Below are positions 53,582 to 64,000 of a stretch of DNA of 64,000 nucleotides, one piece after another (the stretch's first letter is position 1; each line of letters begins with the position of its first letter). The stretch is taken from positions 6,948,234-7,012,233 of the forward strand of contig OZ199839.1 in the NCBI GenBank assembly GCA_964304625.1, written 5' to 3'. Source of the stretch: Kudoa neothunni (Eukaryota; Animalia; Cnidaria). A program made the translations under genes and the position numbers. Below the pieces are notes generated by a model that saw nothing but the letters and a program-made list of their open reading frames with translations, did no database searches and had not been told where the DNA came from.

Positions 53582-56500
53582 ATGAAATGTGTAGACAGCT
53601 CTAATCATTGTTTTTTTCGACGATATAATTATTTACTACTTTAGATTTTTCAAAATGCGAATAAAAATAATGGTAAACTCGGCTGCGTAATGTATGGAAC
53701 ACATGTGGCACCAAACAACGAGGGAAACTCTGTACCAATAGCTAAAAAAACTCAACCCAAAGAGTTAAATGACGAGGGTGTTTCAATGTTGAAGGAATTA
53801 TGTCCGTTTTCTGGCTGGTCCTACCCCTGAAACTGACAACAAAATAAAAACTTGTTGTTCGACGGAACATCTTCGACATTTTAAAAGCGATTCGGGTGAT
53901 TTGAATGCTATTGTTGTTGGATGCCCTAGTTGTAAGATGGCTCTATTAACATACGGGTGCAACATGATATGCAATCCTTATCAGAGTAGCTTTATAGAAG
54001 TAAGCTAGCCCAGTTTCTTTTTCTATTGTGTGGGGATTTTTTGATTGATTCAAGATCACGTAATGGTCGTTTTTAATTTATCTTTATATTTTGTGTGCTA
54101 AAGCAGCGAATCCATATCCGAAAATTTTGATTCTTTTTTTAAATTGAAAAATAGCTTATCGATGTGCCGCTCTTTGTAAATTTATAATAGGTTACCAAAA
54201 CAACACAAACTGACGATAAAATCACCCTGGTTGCAAATATTTCCTACCATCTGACAAAAAATTACACCGAGAAAGTTTTCAATTCGTGTAAAGATTATAA
54301 AATAGCGACTGGAGATAAATTCGTGCAAAACAGCTTATGTTCAGAAGCTTCTGACGCCGCCCACTGTGATGGAACCGTTATGATGGACGCTATGACATCC
54401 TATGTACAAGGATTTTCTATCAAGTAACATTACTAACACCTCTAAAGGTCTAAAGCTAGCGCATTCATTTTCCTATTGACTAGTCTACAGTTAAATGATT
54501 GAAAATAGGGTATTTAAGAAACATAATTCATAACACTTATATTTTGAGTTGTTATCAGTATAGTTAAACTCGCTCGAATATTCAAATGATTCGGTCAATT
54601 AGCATTTAATAGACGGGAAGCACCTACTTTGACGAACCTACACGATGATTTTCGGAACATAGTGTGGATTTTAATTTTTTTTCTCTGAATTGTTTAGATT
54701 ATTATAAACAATTTTTAATGATATAAAAAATTCAATTAAATGTAATAGTGGATGCATGAATCAAACAAAATATAAATACATGATAAAATTAATGTCGTGA
54801 CGTCATTTTAGTCGGATTATATGTTGTTTCAATCAGCATATATTTCATGAACGTACCATGTTAGGTATCGCTTCGCGGCCGAAAGGCTAAGATCAAGTGT
54901 AGTATCTGTTCTCATCAGCTTGATCTCTGGTGCGCCAATGGCGAACTCTGATCAAAACTTATTTTTGAAGGCGTGGTGCTGTGCTTGCAGCTTGCTGTGG
55001 TACTCACTGATCGCTTCTGCGTTGCACTAAAGCGGAAGCGGTGGCCTCCTCCTATGAATCAGCTAAAATGTTTGTGTGTCCCTGTCGTTCTTTGCGGCAT
55101 GGCATGACTTCAGTATGACTTCAGTGTGGTGGTGGTGTCGGTTGGGCAATTTTCCATGAATTTGCTGGGGCTGGGATCGATAGTATTAAGATTTTGTTAT
55201 GATGTTGATTACTGTTACTTCAGCTTTATTCGCGAGTCTTGGAGTTGTGCCGTAATGAAATATTCTCTCGCTGTGCATTATTTCAGAAACTTTTGTAAAT
55301 ATTGATCAATTTGGATAATATAATTTTTTTTATTTATCCGCTCCCTAAGATTAGCTGAGACTAAATAAGAACGGCGTACTCAAAATTTATAGGTAACTTA
55401 ACAATTATATTAGATGTGTAGGAAACGAGAGTTTGAACTAATATAGCCCTAACTGTGTTTACCCGCAAATCCAAAATATGTACTGATTCTGAGCTGAAGC
55501 TTACTTATTAATGTTAAAACAACTTACACTAAGAATGAAATTATTGGTCAACACCTTGGCGATTTATTATCGTTATTTATTAACGATCGGATCAATAACA
55601 TATGCCCCATTTCATTTTTATAAATTTTGTTAAGAAATTATTTGGATTATACAGACATTAAAACACCCTTGGTTATCTAACTCTGAGTAAACAGAGTGAG
55701 TGAACTAGCACTCATGAGTAGACCCCCTAAAATCAAGGATTTAATGTTTTATTTAATAGTAATAAATTTGATATAAAATATAAAATTTTAATTATTAATA
55801 TAAAAATTTTCAATTATTGCTTAGGAATGTGGTTTCATCAGGAAATTCTTCGAATCCTAACATAATACCATTGTCATCGTGGGTTCCTTTCTGTGGAGAA
55901 GATGACACGATCAATGGAATAACTGTGAAAAAATGCAGTTGCAGAAATTGTGATTCTTGTAATTTGAATGTGGATTTTCCTCACTCGAAGACGGATTATA
56001 AAATTGGGAAGATAACAATTTGGAAATTTGTGTTTTTCATGTTGGCTGGAATGTTTGTATTGGTGATGATCTTTGTTGGGATTATTTCTTGGCGATACCC
56101 TAAACGTACCTATGTTCCTGCTTCAGAAAATTCAAATTCGAGTGTGTTGGATGTTTGCCAACATTCTTCATTGGATAGTCTTAAAGTTGGGAATGAAAAT
56201 AAACTTTTAAATGATCAGGATCTATTGTCTGATGAAATGGATGACACACCAATAGCTACATTGAGTCCATACATGCCCGAAAGTCTGCTGAATAGAGTCA
56301 TGGGAAGAATTGCTTTTTTTATTGTGCAGCTGGCGATCAAGCATACTCTGATAGTTATTGGAGTGGTCTCGGTTGTTTGCATAATATTATCTGCATGCAT
56401 ACCCTTTATGATGAAAGTCACCTCGAATCCAGTTGATTTATGGTCTTCTCCCGGCAGCCCGATTTATCACCACATGAAAGATTATGAATCTAATTTTGGA

Positions 56501-59500
56501 AAGTTTTATCGAACTGAACAGATAGTTATTTCCAATAAGAAAAACTCAAATGGAATTAGCCTTGAAATGATAAATTTTGTGGATAGCATAGTGAGCTATG
56601 CGAAGAAAATTAAAATATCTGTGAATACCACAAACAAAAACGACACGAATTCCACTATCAGTTACACATTGGAAGATCTATGTGTTAAGCCATTGTATCC
56701 AACATCAAACGCTTGTGTGATCTATTCGATTATGCAATATTTCAATAATGATCGTGAAGTTTTGAGAAAGTTAGGAGCTAAATGGAAAGATCATCTGAAA
56801 AAATGTTTTAATTCACCTGCTTATGTTCCAGATAGCTCGAATACCGAAGAGATTGCCTGTTTGCCTACGTTCCTTCAACCGATCAATCCTTTATTGGTTG
56901 TGGGGGATTTTGTTGGGGTGGATTACTTTAGTGCCAACACTTTAGTTATTACATTTGTATTGGAAAACCCCACCGACAAAGATCGATTGAAACGTACTCT
57001 ACTTTGGGAGCAGGAATTTATCAAATATGCTACTTCTCTTGCCAGCCAAAACAGCAAGCTGTACAATATAACGTTCAGCAGCGAACGATCTATCGAAGAT
57101 GAGGTGACTCGAGAGGCCAAATATAATGTTAAAATTGTTTTGATCAGTTATTTGGTGATGTTCCTGTATGTGTCATTTTCGTTGGGAAGGTACCACGCTC
57201 AATCACGACATTTTTAATTGATAGTAAATTTGTGCTTGGTTTTTGTGGGGTTTTGCTAGTGTTCTTGTCGGTGACTACTTCTATCGGATTATTGTCATTT
57301 GCTGGTGTCAAACTCAATAGTATTGCAATGGAAGTGCTGCCATTCTTGATTTTGGCTATTGGTGTGGATAACATGTTCATTATAAGTCATTCTTACTACG
57401 TAACTATTTTTTTACTGATGAATCTAATTAATTTTTATGGGCATTAATATTGAGTGCTTTCATTTTAAGGGAATTAAAATAAATAAATTGGTCATGATAA
57501 ATTTATTTATTTTAATATTATTTCACTTTAGAGAATAATAGAAAATCAAGAAGATTATGGAGTAGGAGCATCTAGATCCGAGCTCGACGTAGACAATTGC
57601 ATAACAATGTCTTTTCTGAAAGTCGGGCCAAGCATAATGGTTAGTGCAGTTTCTCAAGTGGTTATTTTCAGTCTTGGAACCATTTCCACTGTACCGGTTG
57701 TACGTACTTTCTCTATTTTCGCGGCGGTCGCTTTGTTTATTAATTTCGTTCTTCAAATAACCGTTTTTCTTTCGTTATTTGTGCTTGATTCAAGAAGAGA
57801 AATGGTAAAAACCTCAAACAACTATATTTCATTATGTTTTGATGTCTAATTTGTGTATAATTAAGAGTGAACGTTTTAATATATTTTGTTGTTTCAAAGC
57901 GAACGTTGTGGATATTCCCAATGTTGGTGACAGTGAACGGTACTGGATGGGCCCAGCTAGATGGGTTATCAAAAATATTCTTGCAAAAATGCTCCTGAAC
58001 AAAATAATAAGATTTTCTATTGTAATTCCTCTATCTTTTAAATTTCGATATTTATAATGAATGCGAAAGGTTATCATATTTGGAACCCTTTGGTTGTTGT
58101 CTTTGGCGGTAATACCCTCAATAGGTATTGGTTTGGATCAAACACTTGCTCTACCTAAGGATTCCTATCTACAACCTTATTTCAATGTACAATTCATTTT
58201 GAATAAAAAATATTTGAATTAAATATCTACACTTAGGATCTATTCAAAAAACTTCATTTTGGCGCCCCTGTTTATTTTGTTGTTGAAAGTGGTTACGATT
58301 ATCAAGATCCAAAACGACAAGAACTGATATGCTCCCACAATTATTGTGATGTCGAATCAATGACCAATTATGTATAGTTTAATGATTTTTAAACGTTATC
58401 TATGTATATCGTGGATTATGTATGTAGGTTGCATTTTGGTCCATAAAATCTAACATATCACGTATTGCAGCTCCTTTGATGTCCTGGGTAGATGTTTATC
58501 TTATGTGGCTTTGGAACAATAGAATGGATGATGTTCCATGTTGTAATGTTGTGAGCGAGATTCTCAACCCTAAAAAATACCCAGATATTAAATTGGGAGA
58601 TTTTTGCCCAATCGACCTGTTATCGGATACGAACAATATAGCCTGTCAAGGTTGTTTGCAAAGCAATGACGATATAGCACGCCCCGATAGAGAACAGTTT
58701 GCGAAATTTTTGCCTCATTTCTTGGATGACGTTCCTGGTCTCAAACTTGCACCTTTGGGTATGTATTAGTAGTTTCGGTTGTTGAAATTCCTCCTACGTC
58801 ATTTTATATGCAAATAGTGGCAAATCAGCATTCAAGAATAGTGTTATTTTGAACAAAAAATATTACCAACCACCAAAGGACAAGACTAGCACCCCGAAAA
58901 ACACCACAAAAGAGTACCCTGTCATCACTTCTAGCTTTATGAGTTATCACACACCATTGGTGACTACGGACGATTTTATCGATGCCATCAAAAATTCAAT
59001 GTACATGGCAAAAAATTTAACCTCCATCCTCGGCACTCCAGTATATTCATACAGTGTTTTCTATATCTTCTATGAAGCTTTCCTCGATATAAGGTCAGCT
59101 GACTGACTACATTCTAAAATTAATTTGTTATTTTAAACCAAAATAATTTTTTTAGAGCAACCTGTTATAAATCGTTTGGAATATGTTGTGCTGCAGTTTT
59201 ACTCGCCAACCTGTTTCTGTTTGGTTGCAATATCCGAATGACGCTTATTGTCAGTCTCACTGTGATATTCATGAATGTGGTCAATCTCGCCTTCCTTTAC
59301 TTAGGCGGAATGGACATCAATCCGGTTTCTATTGTGAATCTTATAATGGTAAATTAGTTTTGATTTTCTTGGCATTTTTCTCACATTATATGTATTGTAG
59401 TTGTTCGCCATAAACATTGAATTTGTTTCGCACATAGCATTTGCCTTTATGTCGTGTGGAGGTGAAAGTCGACTAAGCAATGCTTATGGAGCATTGGTAA

Positions 59501-59768
59501 CTTCGGGTGGATCAGTAATTTATTGTGCTATTTCACATTTGGTTTTTAAATATGTTGTGGTGTAGGTGTTTTCAGGAATTGCGCTCACGAAAATTATAGG
59601 AGTTTCCGTGCTGGCGTTTGCACCCTCTGAAATATTAAAATCTACTATTTCAGAATGTACATGTTTGCAGTGGTAGTTGGAGCTCTTCATGGATTGATAT
59701 TTTTGCCGGCTCTTCTTTCATACCTAGGACCAACGCCGCCCACCTCAGCCATCAATGGGGTCGAATAG
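53582..59768 (+). CDS. NPC1: Niemann-Pick C1 sterol transporter; start uncertain; at least 4 apparent single-base indels
   Basis: NTD CVMYG..ELCP..TCC..GCPSC..ICNPYQS. Also [35 protein letters not shown], sterol-sensing domain ([29 protein letters not shown]), [53 protein letters not shown]. Confidence 0.96.
54798..54805. promoter_or_regulatory. TGACGTCA (CRE-type palindrome) 62-69 bp upstream of U2, at about the PSE position
   Basis: Exact palindrome in otherwise AT-rich DNA. Any regulatory role is inferred. Confidence 0.3.
54867..55052 (+). ncRNA. U2: U2 spliceosomal snRNA (divergent), inside NPC1 intron 54424-55824
   Basis: ATCGCTTC-G-CGGCC-GAAA-GGCTAAGATCAAGTGTAGTATCTGTTCT includes the branch-point recognition sequence GTAGTA. 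Stem IIa CATCAG/CTGGTG, Sm site ATTTTTG at 54961-54967, and stem-loop IV with a TTGCAC loop. Confidence 0.96.
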
Positions 59769-62041
59769 AGAACCTTTCCTCTCCTAATAAATATATCTAG
59801 TTACATCCTGATAAATTTGTTTAACAAACAATTTTTTTCTTCTATTATATTAATTATAATTAACATAATTGATCTAAAATTGTTTGTTAAAGTGGCCATT
59901 TCGAGTTTTTTTCCCACATAAAAAGTTCAAAATAACTTATGGTCGATTGAACCATAAATACTTTATTCTTGAAAACGATTTTATCAGAGTATCCAATTTT
60001 AAATGGAGGTTTTTTTCTCCTATTCGATTTTGAAAAATTGATTATTAAAAATTTTGTACGTATTTTAATGACCAATACATATTACATTATTAAGGAAATA
60101 TGTGGGGAGATATTTTCAGGTTGGTTTTATGGTAAATCCAATGATCTCAATTTTTTTCTACATGGATAAACGATTATATATTAGTATAGGTGACAACAAA
60201 ATTCTATGAATTCATTCATGATTACATTTTTGAATATAATTTATCTAAATCAACCAACAGATAATTTTCAGGCGTTGAAAGTAAATCCCTGAAAACTTAA
60301 TTGGTAATTAGTTTATTAGTAGACAGTGTCCCCTAATTTAGGCCATACAGCACGCATCAGTATGGTCTGAAGAAATTTCGGAGAAACCTAGAAACTTACG
60401 AGATTTAACTCTTAAATAATAACCTTTGGCTAAAAGATCTACTTTTATAATATTTTGTTGAGGAATTTTATGGTAAAATTTGTTTTAAGTTATGTATTTT
60501 CGTCAGAACTTCACCTATTTCTTTAAAAAATATAATATATCGATCACTATAATAAAAAAGATTAAGGTTTCGGTGAAAATACACAAGAAAAAAAAAATTT
60601 TACAACAATACAATAGAAGGATGGACGTGTGGATCCACAGGTTATTCTTGAAGCCTTGAAGTTTAAAGGTTAATAGGTAATATTGGATGGAGCCTGAATA
60701 ACAGATAGACATAAATAGATCAGTGTGGGACCAATGTAAATAATTATAGTCTCTATTTTTCATCTATTTTTCTATAAGTTATTATTAATTAAAAAAAATA
60801 ATTCCTAAAACTTAATATGGTTGTTAATATTAAAATATATGATTAATTTTAGTTTCTTTAAGTTTCATCTTGATATTTCTTCCATTTTTATATGACAGAG
60901 GCTATTGGCACAGTAAAATTTAATCCTAAACGGCGTATCTGCTTGACCGATGAGAATTTTTAACCTCGACAACTCCAACTTACAAGCTGACTATAGATTT
61001 AATTATTTGCCGTGCCAATAACCATTTCCTTTTTTTATATTGGTTCGTTGTTTCTGTGATTAAATGTTTTAATCCTTTAGTGCAGATTCAGCCTACAAAT
61101 ATCATCATTTCATAGAATGAAAGCTTTTCAGCGCATTAACATTAGCAATACCAATGTCGTATATAATATGAAGCAGTAAAAAACATATAATGAAAAATTA
61201 TTGTAATTTCTGATTATAAACATTTGAGATGCTCTTAAGGATAACATGCGATAAAATCAATGATAATTAGACGCAGTTTCCTTCAACTTCGATGGTGTTT
61301 CTTATTTTTTTTGAGTTGGATGAAAAGTGGTTGTACCTCAAAAAATTCGCCTCGTATCTATTTTAATTTCAAATTAATATTGGAATTACAAGTTCAGGAT
61401 ATGCTAGATTAAGATGACCCGAAAAAATGACGATTGAAATTTTTGGAAACTTTATCATTAGTTTTTATGTCAGTTTAATGATAAATTTTGGGGTTTAAAA
61501 CTTTCATTAATTTTTTTTCAAATTAGTGAATAAATGAAGATAATTCATTTATCTCACGATGTTCATATTTTTCTTTTGATTTTTCAAAGTCTTCATTTAT
61601 TTTGTCAAATGGTTCAAAAGTCAATCACGTAAAAAACTTGACATATAGGCTAAAATCAGAGAAAGCGATATATATTTGTTTATCAAATATAACATTTTAA
61701 TTATCCCACCATGTATAATACGCAAGATTCAACAGGGGGTAAAGTATATTTTAAATTATTGATGCCTTTTAAAAACGCCTAACGCAGATCGTTCAAAATC
61801 TAGTACAATATTTCTTCTAGCTGAAATGTTTGATCTGTCAATTTTTAATGGATCACACTTATTCATAATCGTCTGGCGACTTATCAACCATAAAGACGAA
61901 AATATAGGGGGAAATTTCGCCAAGTATTTTTTCATGGTTTGCGCACGACTGATGAAATTTTCAGAAAATAAATTAATAGTATTATCAGCTACAAAATTTT
62001 TAAATTATGCACGTTAAAATATATTGCTCATTATAATAAAA

Positions 62042-63189
62042 TCTACTGTATATATAAAGTAGTAGTGTCCGTGTGTGTTAGCAAGTACGCATGTGCGTCA
62101 AAATTATTTCCTTTTAGAGAGACATTTATAAATTTTTTATAACCCATAATGTTAAAAAAATATTTAAATCGTTTTCACACTACCAAAAGTTCCCTAAAGT
62201 GGTTAGAAAATGGTGATTTTGTCGATTCAAAGTTTGTTTATCAGATTACTTGAGTTCAACAATAGAATTAACATCTGCTTATTACCTGCCGATGGTTGGT
62301 TGAAGTTAACTTTCCTCCTTATATACTTTATCAAATTTAAATTAAGCGATATCGTCTGACTTTGTATATAATTTAGTGTGTAAATTTAGGTGTTTGTGCA
62401 AATACACTCCTTATTTATGGAGTTGTAACGTATTTGACTTGATAAACACATTTTAAAGGTTCGATTAGTGGTTTTAGATATGATAAATAATTTATATATG
62501 TTTCATGAATAACGAATTGGTGGAGAACGTTAGACTTATATTGATTGAAGCATTATAATGGAAATACTGCGTCCGTAGATTTCATTGAAATCGTCCACTA
62601 AGTTTAACATTCTATGATTAAATTCAATGCAGGTGGTTGTACTTTTATTTCACCCAATTATTTAAATTGTTAAAGTTGGCGCGATTTGTGGCTGTTTATG
62701 GGAAAACGTGCGTTAAGCTCTTGCCTGGCCAAGGGATAATAATTAATTTCCGTCTATTTTCTTCTATCTCCATGTATTTTTCTGTTTGTTTGTCTCCCGC
62801 AAATAGTGATAGTGATGCAAAAACTTCCTGAGCCGGGCAAGAATTCGACTTTGAGAAATCGCAGGATCACAAAATAACGTTTTAACTAGCCCTTTAATGG
62901 AATTTAAAAAATTCAGGGATGCAGATTAAACACAACGTTGACGCTAAGTTATTTGGTTTTGGTGCGGGGCCCCAAATTTTTAAATGAACGCCGGGATTGG
63001 TACATTCCTTCACCGAAATTATCATAATTTAAATTTCATATTCACAATCGTATAATATAAAGCTTAAAATTTTTTTTAGTTTGATTGAATCTATAGGTTA
63101 ATTTGAAAATATTAATATCTTTTTTGAATGTTATTAAGGAATTTTGTAGTGCTTATTACTCCCAAGCAACGCTGGGCAGTTACTGCCAG
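62042..63189 (+). mobile_element. Non-autonomous Helitron-like element
   Basis: 5' A|TCTACTGTATATATAAAGTAGTAGTGTCCGTGTGTGTTAGCAAGTACGCATGTGCG, homologous to the reverse complement of 3795-3866. 3' hairpin CCCAAGCAACGCTGGG followed by CCAG|T. Confidence 0.6.
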
Positions 63190-64000
63190 TAATAAATATA
63201 ATTCGATTGAATTACTGACACTCAGCATCGCACATAGATAACCAATTTTGATCAGATGTACGGCTTGGAGTCTTCAACGTTTATTGTTTTATTCAAATCG
63301 ACAGTTTTTATCGATCGAAATAAAAAGGTTAAATTTGATTCCTATCAACTTTTACCGAGATAAAAGATTAATATTCGGATTATATCGAATATTTTCAACC
63401 TCATTTGGAGGTGACACACTCAGTTAATTTGTTATAAGCTTTTATATTGAATTATTTTTGGCTGATTACTACTGTCTTAGGCGTTCAGGAATAAATACAA
63501 TAACTATATTGAAAAAACTTGTCCCATCTCATTATTATAATTCATAACAATAGCCATTTTCTGAATTTTAGTATATTATAGATCTAATATGTTACTTTTT
63601 AGGATTATTACCGATAGAAAATATCATAAACAAGGAGGTTAAAAACAAAATGATAATGAAGTTTAAGTCTAGGTCTAATCTTTAATTCGATTTTTTGGCG
63701 AATCCTTAAGTCTCTTTCAGAATAAAATGTTATAAACCATTGGCTTAACCAGAACGAATAATTATGAATTGTAATAAGTATTTTCGGAACTATTCCATGT
63801 ATTTTCTATTCTGATTCTGTTAGAATTGACAAAGTTTATCTTGAGTAGTCGGATAAAAAAATTAAACCAATTAGGTCTCTCAGCATGATTGTCAATCGGT
63901 ATCAATTGTCTGTAATATTTGTTCGGGAAATCATGATAAACTGAACGAACTATAGTGATACAACTTAATAGAGCTCTACGAATAAAATAGGCTGTAAAAT

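Noticed and set aside
53582-59768. NPC1 (and VMP1) as pseudogenes
   Set aside because: All lesions are 1-nt homopolymer indels. Motifs and splice sites are intact and there are no nonsense substitutions.
59887-62017. Short AT-rich ORFs after NPC1 (also those at 25142-26117, 29304-31275 and 34770-36383)
   Set aside because: F/I/K/N/L-rich translations expected by chance from AT-rich non-coding DNA.

Overview
AT-rich (roughly 25-30% GC by eye) eukaryotic nuclear DNA from a compact, fast-evolving animal genome. Filamin, muskelin, ZRANB2 and Kunitz proteins with mostly 35-60 nt introns would fit a parasite such as a myxozoan, but that is inference only. Intron-containing genes, left to right: a secreted multi-Kunitz protein (running off the left edge), ZRANB2, muskelin, a three-CH-domain filamin, GPATCH1 (head-to-head with intronless TIMM8), ALG2, an orphan type I membrane protein made of exon-encoded 4-Cys FN3-like repeats, an unidentified multi-pass membrane protein, VMP1 and NPC1. 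A divergent but structurally intact U2 snRNA sits in sense orientation inside an NPC1 intron. Intergenic DNA and the few long introns carry decayed mobile elements: pogo/Tigger nested in a non-autonomous Helitron-like element, further Helitron-like copies, a MULE with long TIRs, a deleted hAT, hAT/piggyBac/pogo MITEs and a tRNA-headed SINE. Several conserved genes have single-base indels in homopolymer runs, most likely assembly errors. Gene identifications are from remembered family motifs, not database searches. Exon boundaries were read by eye.
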